A stretch of DNA of 63,361 nucleotides, filler included, from Candidatus Woesearchaeota archaeon (GCA_003650545.1; 7 parts of 7 records of this genome joined end to end with filler, not necessarily neighbours in it); one strand, 5' to 3'. Shown: positions 49,769 through 60,532, counted from the first letter of the whole stretch. Translations and numbers: made by a program. Notes: generated by a model from the sequence alone, not told the origin.

Positions 49769-52126
49769 ATGATTAGAAAATGTTATTTTTTTATTTTTGT
49801 TTTGCTTTTCGCTAATCTATTGTTTTCGATAGAGTCTACAAGTTTTGATTTAGGAGAAATTACTTTGTATAAATTTGGCGACCCAGATCTTAGCCACCAC
49901 AATATATCCACTGATGCTTCTATAGATTTTAGTTTTAGGGCATCTACTGGGAGTATAGTTCTTGATGCATTAGATCCTACTGATTTGGAAGAAGGAGATT
50001 CAGTGTGCCCTGGCACAATAGATTTGGATTTTACTAGCTCTGGAGGAACTTGGGCAGATAGCACATTTTTTGCTGGAGCAGTTTTTCCTATTGGTTGGTG
50101 GAATGGGGGAGGGATGCCTTTTGATTGTCCTTCTAATTCATTTAATCAGATTAGTATTTGGAACGAAAGCCTATATAATACTCTTCAAAGTGTGATGTTG
50201 GTGTACCTTGATGAACCACTTTTTGGTTCTATACCTACGGACTCGGATGAATGTGCAACATATTATTATAATGAAGCCACCACCCCTCCTAGTTCAGTAA
50301 CCAATAAATTATCTAAAGTAAGTATGATTTGTAAAGGAGATGTTACTATTTATGTGAATGGTGCTCCTGTTGATACTGTTACTTTTGAAGAAATACAAAC
50401 AACTATTCAGTCAATATCCGATACTTTAAGTGTTGGAACTTATCTTATTGAAGCTGATTTGGGCCAAGTAAATTGCATGTATACTTTAAGAACAACAAAT
50501 ACTAAAGAGCAGCCAGGAGATAAAGCAACAAAATCGATCTACAAATATGCTGATCCTTCTGGAGGGCATCTTTATTCTTATAATCCTCCTGATAGAATAG
50601 GTTTTACATTGTTTATTGAATATCCAGAAATATTAATAGATGCTATTTATGTTACAGAAGTTGGATCAAGCATCCCGGGAGTTGTTATAAATCCTGGGCA
50701 AAGCAAGCCTGTTGATGTTCATTTATTGTTAAATACAACTTCAATGGCGTTTAACGTCACAGATATTCAAATAACTCCATCTACATTTACTTTTGTCCCT
50801 GATGATTCCTATCCAATATTCATCCCAGAACCAGGGGCTTTTGATGTTGTAATACCAGGCACATTAACAGCACCAGATCCATATATAGAAACTTCATTAA
50901 ACTTTGAAGTATTTTACAACACAACCCTGCCTGTGTGCGATGATCAAACAGGAAGTGACGACGGAGATACTCCAATAATACAAGGCCCAGACTTGGTTGC
51001 ATCAATAACAAGCAGTGGAGCAGGGGGAATTATTTATGCAATAGAAGGCGATGTAGTAACATTTGATGTCAACACTTCTAATATTGGCTCATTGCCAACA
51101 GTAAACGACACAATAACAAGAGTTATTTCAACAGACAGGCCTGATTTATTTTCACCACTGGAATTTGATGTTTTTGCACCTTTTGCAGATGGGGCGACTC
51201 AAATAAACCAATACACATTTACATGCCCAATGGGAGTGAACCAAAATCTTTCTTTTGAAGTATGCGCAGATGCTTATGACACTGAAAATGATGAGATAAA
51301 TGAAGACAATAATTGCGGCAATATAACTTTGGTCTGCGAAGCATATCCGAATTTAATTGCAGGAAGACCTGTGGTCACAGATTGTGTTGTAAATGAAACA
51401 AATACAGTGATAATTACTACAAGAGTAGGCAACATATGCACAGAAAACGCCACATGGACAAATGCCAGTTTTAAAGATGCGTCTGGGACTATAATCAATT
51501 CTTCTTTATTTTCAGTTCCTCCTATGCCAAATACACAAAACCCAAATTTTGCTCCTGGAAATCCTGTTTTAACATTATTTCCAGATGATTGGGGGGTCTG
51601 TATAGATTTTGGAGAATATAAAAATATCACCCACAGATTTGAATTCACTCCGCCCGCCGAAGGAACATACACTATTTCAAATGAAGTAGATTATGGAAAT
51701 CTGGTAGATGAAGGAATTCCATTTGATTTTGTAGATAATTTACAAATAGTAACATTTAATTGTGCCCCACCTGCACCAGGAGACATTACACCTTTTTGTG
51801 AAGATATATACTTAAATGGCACAGGGTATAATGAGGAAGGAGTGTTGGGGGCAACTAACAGCGGTTCAGATCCAGTAGATGTTGATTTCAATGTGATAGG
51901 ATCAGGAAATGTTGCTCCAGCACCTTTTGATTTCTGGAGAACAAACATCACAATAAATGGATCCAGCGATTATTCTGAATTGATAAATTGGAAATGTGAA
52001 GCAGACTCCTGGCGTTCTACTTATAATGTAATTGTTTCATGGACAGATGCGATCGGAGACCACAGCGAATCTGTGATGTGTGAAGTATGGTGTGAAGTTC
52101 CTTTATATTGCGAAGATTATCTATAG
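49769..52126 (+). CDS. Secreted Cys-rich CARDB/Ig-like surface protein
   Basis: Signal peptide; GPDL...SNIGS...ADAYDTENDEINEDNN CARDB signature. Confidence 0.8.
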   Translation: MIRKCYFFIFVLLFANLLFSIESTSFDLGEITLYKFGDPDLSHHNISTDASIDFSFRASTGSIVLDALDPTDLEEGDSVCPGTIDLDFTSSGGTWADSTFFAGAVFPIGWWNGGGMPFDCPSNSFNQISIWNESLYNTLQSVMLVYLDEPLFGSIPTDSDECATYYYNEATTPPSSVTNKLSKVSMICKGDVTIYVNGAPVDTVTFEEIQTTIQSISDTLSVGTYLIEADLGQVNCMYTLRTTNTKEQPGDKATKSIYKYADPSGGHLYSYNPPDRIGFTLFIEYPEILIDAIYVTEVGSSIPGVVINPGQSKPVDVHLLLNTTSMAFNVTDIQITPSTFTFVPDDSYPIFIPEPGAFDVVIPGTLTAPDPYIETSLNFEVFYNTTLPVCDDQTGSDDGDTPIIQGPDLVASITSSGAGGIIYAIEGDVVTFDVNTSNIGSLPTVNDTITRVISTDRPDLFSPLEFDVFAPFADGATQINQYTFTCPMGVNQNLSFEVCADAYDTENDEINEDNNCGNITLVCEAYPNLIAGRPVVTDCVVNETNTVIITTRVGNICTENATWTNASFKDASGTIINSSLFSVPPMPNTQNPNFAPGNPVLTLFPDDWGVCIDFGEYKNITHRFEFTPPAEGTYTISNEVDYGNLVDEGIPFDFVDNLQIVTFNCAPPAPGDITPFCEDIYLNGTGYNEEGVLGATNSGSDPVDVDFNVIGSGNVAPAPFDFWRTNITINGSSDYSELINWKCEADSWRSTYNVIVSWTDAIGDHSESVMCEVWCEVPLYCEDYL

Positions 52127-52150
52127 ACCGAGTTAAAATCCTAAATCCTA

Positions 52151-53461
52151 CTAAATCCTAAAGGTGTCTTTGTTTTTTGGTATTATTACTTCTAGATGTG
52201 GCTCTTCTAGATCATAAGCCAGTTCTTTTAATTTTCTTGGCTCCCCATGCATTAAAAATACTTTTTTAAGTCCTTTTATCCCGCGCGCGAATTTAATTAA
52301 GTCATCATGATCAGAATGACCTGAAAAAGGAACTGTTTCTACTTTCATTTCAACTTTATACTCTTTATTTTCATCTTTATCTAAAACCACATATTTTTCT
52401 CCATCAAGCAGTTTTCTGCCTAATGTCCCTTCCACTTGATAGCCGACAATAATTAGTTTGTCTTTTGGATTGCCAAGTATGTTTTTTAAATATGTTAAAA
52501 CAGGACCGCCTGTCAGCATGCCAGAAGTTGATAAAATAATACAAGACTGTGATAAAACATCGCTTCTGTCTTTTGTTCTTGGAACTTTATAAAAAGGGCT
52601 TTTAAATGGATCCTCATCACTCATTAAGATTCTCATCTTTATTTCATCTTTTGCATAAATTACATTATGCCTGTAGATTCTATTTGCCCTGTTAACCATA
52701 CCATCAGTAAAAACAGGCACTTTTGGCAAAGCGCCTGAACGCATGTAGCTTTCTATAACCATCATTATGTTTTGCCCTCTTCCGACAGCAAAAGTTGGTA
52801 TTAACACCTTTCCTCCTGCTCTTAATGTTTCGTTTATTGAGTCTACCAATTGTTTTGAAGCACTTTTTAAAGAAGGAAGCCTGTCTTTTTTTCCTCCATA
52901 AGTGCCTTCCATTATCAAAACATCTGCACGAAGACCTTTTTCACAACCAGACAATATCTTACTTTCTCTTGTGTTAATATCTCCTGTAAAAAGCAGTTTC
53001 TTAGAGCCTTCAAGCCTTATCATTGCTCCTCCTAAAACATGGCCTGATTCATGCAAAGTAAATGTTAGTCCATTTTTTGGTTTTATCTGTGTTTTAAATT
53101 CAGTTTGTTTTATAGCTGTCAAAACTTGTTCAATATGTTTTGTTGTGAATCTCTTTTCCTTTTGCAGTCTTTGATAATCTGATAAAAGCAATTGCATTAA
53201 ATCCCTTGTTGGCTTAGTAGCATAAATAGCTGGTTTTTTAATCTTCTGGATTATGTGCGGCAAATAAGCGCAATGGTCTAAATGCGCATGTGTAGGAATA
53301 ATATTTTTTATGTGTTTGAAATCTTCTTTAAGAATTAAAGGATATTCTATTGGGTCTCCTAATTTTATACCACAGTCAAGCATTAGCTGTCTTCTCCTGC
53401 TGACAACATTAACACAGCTCCTTCCTACCTCTCTTGCCCCACCATAAAAAGTAATCTCCAT
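52151..53461 (-). CDS. MBL-fold beta-CASP ribonuclease (aCPSF-type, no KH domains)
   Basis: GGAREVGRSC, THAHLDH, GHVLG, FTGD, FAVGRGQ, SGMLTGG, FSGHSD, HGE. Confidence 0.95.
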   Translation of the reverse strand: MEITFYGGAREVGRSCVNVVSRRRQLMLDCGIKLGDPIEYPLILKEDFKHIKNIIPTHAHLDHCAYLPHIIQKIKKPAIYATKPTRDLMQLLLSDYQRLQKEKRFTTKHIEQVLTAIKQTEFKTQIKPKNGLTFTLHESGHVLGGAMIRLEGSKKLLFTGDINTRESKILSGCEKGLRADVLIMEGTYGGKKDRLPSLKSASKQLVDSINETLRAGGKVLIPTFAVGRGQNIMMVIESYMRSGALPKVPVFTDGMVNRANRIYRHNVIYAKDEIKMRILMSDEDPFKSPFYKVPRTKDRSDVLSQSCIILSTSGMLTGGPVLTYLKNILGNPKDKLIIVGYQVEGTLGRKLLDGEKYVVLDKDENKEYKVEMKVETVPFSGHSDHDDLIKFARGIKGLKKVFLMHGEPRKLKELAYDLEEPHLEVIIPKNKDTFRI

Positions 53462-53488
53462 TTTTTCACCAAAAGAAAATTAGCAGGG

Positions 53489-53504
53489 CAGATTTATAAA
53501 TCTG
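53489..53504. promoter_or_regulatory. Palindromic TATA element, putative bidirectional promoter
   Basis: CAGATTTATAAATCTG, a perfect 16-bp palindrome centred in the 69-bp divergent gap. Confidence 0.65.
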
Positions 53505-53530
53505 TTTTTCTTTATTAACTCGGTGGTCTT

Positions 53531-54829
53531 ATGGGTTTCACTAGCTTAAAATATAAACCAAAAGCAAACGACCTGATATGCAAATTTTATATTGATCCTG
53601 AAAGAGGATTGTCATTAAAAGAAGGTGCAGAGCACATAACTGCTGAATCATCTATAGGCACATGGACAGAGGTATCTGGCATAAGGCCGAAACTAAGAAA
53701 AAAAATAGCACCGCATATTTATTATATAAATAAAAAAAATAAAACAGTAAAGATTGCCTATCCTGCTGATTTATTTGAAAAAGGCAGTATACCCCAGATA
53801 ATGAGCGCAATAGCAGGCAATGTGTTTGGCATGAAAGAAATCAGAAATCTGAGACTGCTTGATGTAAGCTTTCCTAAAGACATAATAAATTCATTTAAAG
53901 GCCCAAAGTATGGTATAAAAGGCATTAGAAAAATGTTAAAAGTAAGGAAAAGGCCGTTTTGCGGAACAATTGTTAAGCCAAAAGTAGGAAGAACAGCAAA
54001 AAATCATGCTGAATATGCATACAAAGCATGGGTTGGTGGGTTAGATCTTGTAAAAGATGATGAAAATTTAACAGATATGAAATTCAATAGATTTGAAACA
54101 AGGGTTATTAAAACATTAGATATGAGGGACAAAGCAGAAAGCGAAACTGGTGAAAAAAAGATTTATGTGTGTAATGTTTCTGCTGAAACAAATGAAATGA
54201 TGAAAAGAGCACAATTCATTAAAGATCATGGCGGAAGAGTAACTATGATTGATATTTTAACATGCGGATGGTCTGCTTTTGAAACACTTCGCAATTACCA
54301 TCCTAATTTAATTATTCATGCACATAGAGCAGGACACGGAATGTTTACACACAATCCCAAACACGGAATGACAATGCTTACTGTTTCTAAAATAGATAGA
54401 TTAATCGGCTCTGATTCATTACATATAGGAACATTTGGAACAGGAAAAATGAAAAGTTATTGGAAAGAGGAATTGCATATAAGGGATGCGCTTGTTAAGA
54501 AAAAAATAAAGGAAAATAATAAAGAAAATATTTTGGCGCAGAATTGGCACCATATAAAACCAGTGATGCCTGTTTCTTCAGGCGGTTTATATCCGGGAAT
54601 CCTTCCGGAAACAATTAAGCGAGGAGGAACAGATCTATTTTTGCAAGCAGGTGGTGGAGTAGCAGGCCATCCAGACGGAATAGAAGCAGGTGCAGCAGCA
54701 ATGCGACAAGCAATAGACTCTGTTATGAAAAAGATTCCTATTGACTGGTACGCACAGGACCATAAAGAATTAGCCGCAGCTTTAAAGAGATGGGGAACAG
54801 GAAAAAGAATTGTCTATTATGAGAAATAA
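53531..54829 (+). CDS. rbcL: Form III (archaeal) RuBisCO large subunit
   Basis: AESSIGTW, GTIVKPKVG, DLVKDDE, HAHRAGH, loop-6 GKM, SGG, QAGGG. Confidence 0.95.
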   Translation: MGFTSLKYKPKANDLICKFYIDPERGLSLKEGAEHITAESSIGTWTEVSGIRPKLRKKIAPHIYYINKKNKTVKIAYPADLFEKGSIPQIMSAIAGNVFGMKEIRNLRLLDVSFPKDIINSFKGPKYGIKGIRKMLKVRKRPFCGTIVKPKVGRTAKNHAEYAYKAWVGGLDLVKDDENLTDMKFNRFETRVIKTLDMRDKAESETGEKKIYVCNVSAETNEMMKRAQFIKDHGGRVTMIDILTCGWSAFETLRNYHPNLIIHAHRAGHGMFTHNPKHGMTMLTVSKIDRLIGSDSLHIGTFGTGKMKSYWKEELHIRDALVKKKIKENNKENILAQNWHHIKPVMPVSSGGLYPGILPETIKRGGTDLFLQAGGGVAGHPDGIEAGAAAMRQAIDSVMKKIPIDWYAQDHKELAAALKRWGTGKRIVYYEK

Positions 54830-54888
54830 AACTTTAATACTTGCATATCAAAATATTTAATAATAAAATCAAGTAAATGGTGCTTATT

Positions 54889-55291
54889 ATGGCAACTATA
54901 AGACAACCAAAAATCTCTATGCTCGCACATGTAGACCACGGCAAAACTTCTATTTTAGATAAAATAAGAAATACTGTTGTTGCATCAAAGGAAGCCGGAG
55001 CCATTACACAACACACTTCTGCAAGTGAAGTTCCAAAAGATGTTCTTAGAGCTATTTGTAAAAACCAATTGGAAAAAATGAAGATAGAATTGAAAATACC
55101 TGGGTTGTTGTTTATAGATTTGCCAGGCCATGAAGCATTTACGTCTTTGCGTGAAAGAGGAGGGAGCTTAGCAGATATGGCTGTTCTTGTTATTGATATA
55201 ACACAAGGAATACAGCCGCAGACTGTTGAAAGTATAAAAATATTAAAACAGCATACAACGCCTTTTATAATTGCAGCAAATAAAATAGATC
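54889..55291 (+). CDS. infB: Translation initiation factor aIF5B/IF-2 (truncated at contig edge)
   Basis: [34 protein letters not shown]. Confidence 0.95.
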
Positions 55292-55391
55292 NNNNNNNNN
55301 NNNNNNNNNNNNNNNNNNNNNNNNNNNNNNNNNNNTTAATTAATTAANNNNNNNNNNNNNNNNNNNNNNNNNNNNNNNNNNNNNNNNNNNN
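55292..55391. other. Artificial contig spacer
   Basis: N44-TTAATTAATTAA-N44. Confidence 0.99.
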
Positions 55392-55644
55392 TGAGTTGAC
55401 AAGTCTCGGTGAAAATATTGTTGATGAAGCACGAAGCATTGTGCCGGTAAGAACGGGTTATTTGAGATCCACAATTTATTATGAAAGGAAAGGCAAACAC
55501 AAGCTTATTGTCGGCGCTAAGGCGCATTACGCCGGTTATGTTGAGTATGGCACTCGTAAAATGGCGGCTCAACCATATCTGCGGCCCGCAATAGCTCGTT
55601 GCATTCCCAATTTCTTTAAACGCTTATTCAGGAGATTGAGATAA
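55392..55644 (+). CDS. HK97 gp10-family tail-completion protein (5'-truncated)
   Basis: PVRTGYLRSTI, YAGYVEYGTRKMAAQPYLRPA. Confidence 0.9.
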
Positions 55645-57392
55645 TGCCGTTTAACGCGCGTGTAGATTTTGAATTTACAGCTAAGGATAATGTTACTCAA
55701 ACACTCAACAATATAAAGCGCGGCATAAGCGGTTTAAGCGAAATAGCGAAGACAGCCGCCGGCGTTCTCGGCGGAATGCTTGCATATGACGCGTTAAACA
55801 AAGTAAAGGATGCACTTGAAGACAGCGTAAACATGTTTGCAAAATTCGAAGAAGTCATTACACGCACAGTTGCACTTAGCGGTGCCGCCGGTGAAGAAGC
55901 TGAAAAGCTTGCGCAAGAACTTCAAGCAGCTGCTCGTGCCGCCGGCTTAGAGTTTGGTGTCGGTGCGGTTCAAGCAGCTGAAGCATTAGAGTCACTTGTC
56001 AAAGCCGGCCTTGAAGGTGAAGCTGCAATAAAAGCGCTCAATGCAACATTAGAGTTAGCAACTATTGAGAATATTAGCGCCGGCCAAGCCGCTGACTTAC
56101 TCGTTGGAGTCTTAAATCAATTCAAAATGAGTGCTGAAGAAGCTGAAATTACCGCCGATATGCTCGTCAATGCTTCTGCAGCTGGCATTGACACGGCAAG
56201 CGACTTTGCACTCGCACTTTCTTATGTCGGCAATCAAGCCGCTGCATTAGGTTTCACATTGGAGGAAACGCTTGCTGCATTGGTTGCCTTGAATAATCAA
56301 GGTATAGCGGCGGAAAAGGCGGGCCGCTATCTCAATGCAATGTTGACTGATCTCATTGAGCATTACGATAAGCTCGGCTTCTCAATCTATGACAGCGAAG
56401 GCAACATGCTAAGCCTAACTGAAATCATTGAAAACCTCGCAAATAAGCTTAATGAGTTTTCAACTGAAGAAGAGCGCGCTGCATATTTAACTGAAGTTTT
56501 CGGTTCACAAGGAATGCGGGCCGCGCTTGGCTTACTCAATTTAGCTGAAAGTATGCCGACTGAAGAAGTAATGAAACTTGCAAGTCAGCTTGGCTTGTCG
56601 CGGCAGGAAATTGAAGGATTAATGAGTGCTGGAAAGTCGGCCGGCGAAGTACTTGAAGAGCTTAGCGAGAAAATAAAGAAAAGCGGTACGGCAAGCGAAG
56701 TAACTCGCAAACAATTAGATACGACTGCCGGCGTTATGAAGCGAATGAATGCTGCTGTTCAGGATTTAATGCTTGACTTAGGTGAAGCACTTGCTCCACT
56801 TATTACTGATCTTGCGAATTTCCTGCGCACATATTTTGTTCCTTCTCTTAAATTTTTGATCGGTGGTTTCCGTGACTTTATTAATTTCATAAAGCCACAT
56901 GTATTGCCGGCGCTTCAAACCATGTGGAATATACTTAAAGGTATATATGACCGGTTTAGTTGGCTTGGCAGTGCAGTCGGCGGCTTTATGAATGCATTAA
57001 GTAATCTCGCCGGATCAATCTATAATTCAGTTAAGCCGGCCCTCGACACAATCAAAGGCATACTCGACGCAATAAGCGGCGCAATAAAGACAATTCAAAA
57101 TGCGATCGGCGGCTTATTTAAAGCCACAGGATCAACAACAGTTGCAGGCCCAACAGTAGAAACAGAAGTCCCAGCAATGCAAGAAGGCGGTATAGTCACA
57201 CGGCCAACACTCGCATTTATCGGTGAAGGTGGCCCCGAAGCCGTAATTCCACTTGACAGACTTAACCGTTTTGGTAACATAACCGTCAACGTCACGATAA
57301 GCGACGTGACAATCTCAAATGAATACGACTTATATGATTTAGCGCGCCAACTCGGTGAACTCATAAGCGATGAACTTCGGGTGAAAATATGA
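55644..57392 (+). CDS. Phage tail tape measure protein
   Basis: AAEALESLVKAGL, ALSYVG..AAALG.TLEET, GI.AEKAGRYL, 11-residue W/F repeats, EGGIVTRPTLAFIGEGGPEAVIPL. Confidence 0.95.
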   Translation: MPFNARVDFEFTAKDNVTQTLNNIKRGISGLSEIAKTAAGVLGGMLAYDALNKVKDALEDSVNMFAKFEEVITRTVALSGAAGEEAEKLAQELQAAARAAGLEFGVGAVQAAEALESLVKAGLEGEAAIKALNATLELATIENISAGQAADLLVGVLNQFKMSAEEAEITADMLVNASAAGIDTASDFALALSYVGNQAAALGFTLEETLAALVALNNQGIAAEKAGRYLNAMLTDLIEHYDKLGFSIYDSEGNMLSLTEIIENLANKLNEFSTEEERAAYLTEVFGSQGMRAALGLLNLAESMPTEEVMKLASQLGLSRQEIEGLMSAGKSAGEVLEELSEKIKKSGTASEVTRKQLDTTAGVMKRMNAAVQDLMLDLGEALAPLITDLANFLRTYFVPSLKFLIGGFRDFINFIKPHVLPALQTMWNILKGIYDRFSWLGSAVGGFMNALSNLAGSIYNSVKPALDTIKGILDAISGAIKTIQNAIGGLFKATGSTTVAGPTVETEVPAMQEGGIVTRPTLAFIGEGGPEAVIPLDRLNRFGNITVNVTISDVTISNEYDLYDLARQLGELISDELRVKI

Positions 57393-59170
57393 GCATCACA
57401 TACAACATAAAACTCAAAACACTCAAAAAAGCACTAAGCTTCGACGGCGAAGACGACTACGTGGTAATAGATGATAGCCCCAGCTTACAGATAAGCGATA
57501 CGATTACTGTTGAAGCTGTTGCTAGGATAAGAACACTTGTAAGCTCTGTGGTTATTGGTAAGTACACCATTACAACCAGCACATACAACCTTTTCTACGC
57601 ATCAGATTCGAAGGACTGGGTTTTCAGGATTAGGGGAGACGATATGATTCATTACTATGCGAGGTCTGGAGTTAAACCAGTTGTAAACAGGTGGTATCAT
57701 CTTGTCGGCGTCTATGATGGGGGAAAAATGTATTTATACATAGATGGTGAGCTGAAGGCGACTGTAAATGTTGGTGTTGGTCTAGACCTTGCAGTCGGAG
57801 GCTACATTTCCGTAGGAGCAAGATATAGAGATTCTGGAGATATAGATGCATACTTTGACGGCGATGTTGCATTTGTTCGCATTTACAATTGTGCTTTGAG
57901 TGAGAGTGAGGTTAAGCGTCTTTATCGTGGTGATTTTATTAGTGATGGTTTGGTGCTTTATTTTGATTTTAGTGAGGGTGTGGGATTAACTGTATATGAT
58001 AAGAGTGGCAATGAAAATGACGGTACTATCTATGGTGCGTCTTGGGTTGAAGCTGAAGTTGACTTTTCTGAGCGTGTTAAGCGTTGGCGTTTGCGTGATG
58101 AAGTGAACAGCATTAGCTCATTAATGTTTGAGGCAATTAATTATGATGAAAGTTTAGGTTTGTGGCTTCGTGAAGGCAATGACGTTGTAATTGATGTTAA
58201 TGATGTGAGGTTTTGGCGCGGCATTATTAATCGCGTTTCACGCAAATATGACGGTTATGGCTGCGTGTTAAGTGTTGAGGCTCTCGACTATTTAAGTAAG
58301 CTTCGCGATTACGTGCTTTATAAGCGCTATGCGCGGCGCTACGCAGATGAAATAGTAAAAGACATGATAAAATTAAGCGGAATCAACTTAAACACATATC
58401 ACGTTAAACCAACAAGATACATTCCTTATTTCGACGCAAACGGCGAAACAATCTATAAAGCACTCAGAAAACTCGCAGAAAACATAAATGCACGACTATA
58501 CGTTGACGGCTACCTAAACCTACACTTCACACCACAAAAACAATACGCACTAAAATTTGACGGTGTGGATGACTACGTGGAAGTACCTCATTCAGATTCA
58601 CTAAATCTAAATGTACTTACTGTTATGGTTTGGTTCAAATCAACATATAGTGGAGAATGGTTCAGAACAATAGTAGCAAAATATGGTTATGAAATGATTC
58701 AGGAAAGTTGGGGCTTAGGTTGGGTAGCTCCCAATCGTCTTGGTTTCTATATTCGAGATGCAAGTGGAACTAAAAATGATGCAGGAGCAGGAGATGGAGA
58801 AGGATTAGATGGAAAATGGCACTTTCTAGTTGGGGTTGCATCCGATACAAAGGTTCAGTTTTGGATGGATGGTGTTTTGAAGAAAGAGGTTATGAGAACT
58901 GTGGGAGATATAAGAAATACAAGACCCATAACTTTGGGTATGCATTACGGTTTTCAATTTGTTCCAGAAGACATTGGTGAGGTTCTAATCTACAATCGAG
59001 CCTTGAGTGAGAGTGAAATTTTGTGGAATTATTTGCATCCGTTTTATGTGGTTCGTGATGGTTTGGTGCTTGAATTATTGTTTAATGAGGGGGACGGCTC
59101 AACTGCATATGATTCCAGTGGCTATGATAATCACGGTACAATTTATGGTGCTTCATGGGTGGAATTATGA
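57389..59170 (+). CDS. Tail hub-like protein with two LamG (concanavalin A-like) domains
   Basis: Two FDG.DDYV...W.HL/FLVGV...IYN.ALSESE units flanking a tail hub-like segment. Confidence 0.85.
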   Translation: MSITYNIKLKTLKKALSFDGEDDYVVIDDSPSLQISDTITVEAVARIRTLVSSVVIGKYTITTSTYNLFYASDSKDWVFRIRGDDMIHYYARSGVKPVVNRWYHLVGVYDGGKMYLYIDGELKATVNVGVGLDLAVGGYISVGARYRDSGDIDAYFDGDVAFVRIYNCALSESEVKRLYRGDFISDGLVLYFDFSEGVGLTVYDKSGNENDGTIYGASWVEAEVDFSERVKRWRLRDEVNSISSLMFEAINYDESLGLWLREGNDVVIDVNDVRFWRGIINRVSRKYDGYGCVLSVEALDYLSKLRDYVLYKRYARRYADEIVKDMIKLSGINLNTYHVKPTRYIPYFDANGETIYKALRKLAENINARLYVDGYLNLHFTPQKQYALKFDGVDDYVEVPHSDSLNLNVLTVMVWFKSTYSGEWFRTIVAKYGYEMIQESWGLGWVAPNRLGFYIRDASGTKNDAGAGDGEGLDGKWHFLVGVASDTKVQFWMDGVLKKEVMRTVGDIRNTRPITLGMHYGFQFVPEDIGEVLIYNRALSESEILWNYLHPFYVVRDGLVLELLFNEGDGSTAYDSSGYDNHGTIYGASWVEL

Positions 59171-60531
59171 GTTCTTGGGCGGCTCATGAATTTGTTGAAG
59201 GCGATAATATTCTTAGGTTTGATTTGAAGCGGGATCTCAGCGTCCTAAAAAATAAAGTGACTGTGAAAGGCGCATTCATTGGCGGCCGGCAAATCACTTA
59301 TACTGCTAAAGATGATTTGAGCATCTTGCGGTTTGGTGAGCGGGAAAAAGTTATTGTTGATCCTACAATCACCGACTTGTCTTATGCTGAAGCGCTTGCA
59401 ATACAAGAATTAGAGAAAAGTAAGGATGTCGAGCTTATCGGTAATGTTGATGCGGTTCTTAAGTTTTGCCGGGCCGGCGAATATGCACACATTAAAATTG
59501 ACTCGCTTGGCATTGATGAGATCCGCATGTTAGAGAAAATTATGCTTCAAGGCACAAATAAATTAACTATGCGTATCGAGTTTCGCGGCAAAACAAAATC
59601 ATTAAGCGACATTATCGCCGAAATTTACGATAAGACTCATAAGATTGAGCGGAGCAGTGAAGCGCTTAAAGAAGCGACTTTCGCTGCACTTTACGTTGAA
59701 CCAGTTTTTTGTGAATTGACTTTTCGCGGCCCAGACTTTAAAGAGTCAAGTAACGTGTGGTTTGATGAGAATGGTAATTTGAAGCTTGTTGACGGCGCCC
59801 TTGATGGTTATGCTGTGTTTGAGGTTAATGCTGATGAGGAAGCGTTTTTAAATTGGTTTGATTTGAATTTTGATGTTGATGAGAAGGATGGTTCGATTAC
59901 GGTTGATATTCTTGATGCAGCTGACAACGTTATTGAGAGTAACATATCGTCTTATAAGTCACTTCAGCCTTATCCTGCGGATCTCGATGCTTGTGAGAAT
60001 AATGCGAATGAATATGATGTTGTGAATTGTTTTGTCGATAATTCGCATTTAAGTGCTGTTTCTGCTTATTCAATTAAGGTTAAGTGGCAAACTGGTTTAG
60101 ATCGCTACGTAATTTATCCGAAAAGTAAGTCACTTGGCTTAAACTGCTTATTCTACAAGTATTTACACATTTATATTCTGCAAGGCAGCACTCAACCCGT
60201 CAAGATCCGCTTACACACAACTGATAATGACTATTACGAGAAAACATTGTTATTTCCACAAAGCTATGTGTGGCGTGAATTTAAACTTGAACTCGGCACA
60301 AGTGACTGGGCCGCCGTTGGATCACCCGACTGGTCAAATATTAACTTCATCAGCATTTACTTGCCGGCCAGCGACAACATCACAGAATACACTTGGATCG
60401 ACGGCATATGCTTCAACCCACTCTTAGCCGAAACCTTCAAAGTAAAATTCAATTTTAGCCGGCCCAATACTTCCTCACAATCACCCGTCTTTAAAAAGCT
60501 TGTTGTTAGATATCTGTTAGGAGTTGTGTAA
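59167..60531 (+). CDS. Tail tip/baseplate-like protein with C-terminal carbohydrate-binding-like domain
   Basis: ATGA coupling; DDLSILRFGERE hub-like motif; DWSNINFI..WIDG CBM-like motif. Confidence 0.65.
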   Translation: MSSWAAHEFVEGDNILRFDLKRDLSVLKNKVTVKGAFIGGRQITYTAKDDLSILRFGEREKVIVDPTITDLSYAEALAIQELEKSKDVELIGNVDAVLKFCRAGEYAHIKIDSLGIDEIRMLEKIMLQGTNKLTMRIEFRGKTKSLSDIIAEIYDKTHKIERSSEALKEATFAALYVEPVFCELTFRGPDFKESSNVWFDENGNLKLVDGALDGYAVFEVNADEEAFLNWFDLNFDVDEKDGSITVDILDAADNVIESNISSYKSLQPYPADLDACENNANEYDVVNCFVDNSHLSAVSAYSIKVKWQTGLDRYVIYPKSKSLGLNCLFYKYLHIYILQGSTQPVKIRLHTTDNDYYEKTLLFPQSYVWREFKLELGTSDWAAVGSPDWSNINFISIYLPASDNITEYTWIDGICFNPLLAETFKVKFNFSRPNTSSQSPVFKKLVVRYLLGVV

Positions 60532-60532
60532 G

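Noticed and set aside
53531..54829. RuBisCO as evidence of autotrophy or as a form IV RuBisCO-like protein
   Set aside because: Catalytic motifs match form III, no phosphoribulokinase is seen, and nucleoside salvage is the established role
9346..55391. Six recurring TTAATTAATTAA motifs as a biological repeat
   Set aside because: Stop-in-all-frames linker inside N runs; ORF-track proteins containing X are artefactual at those ends
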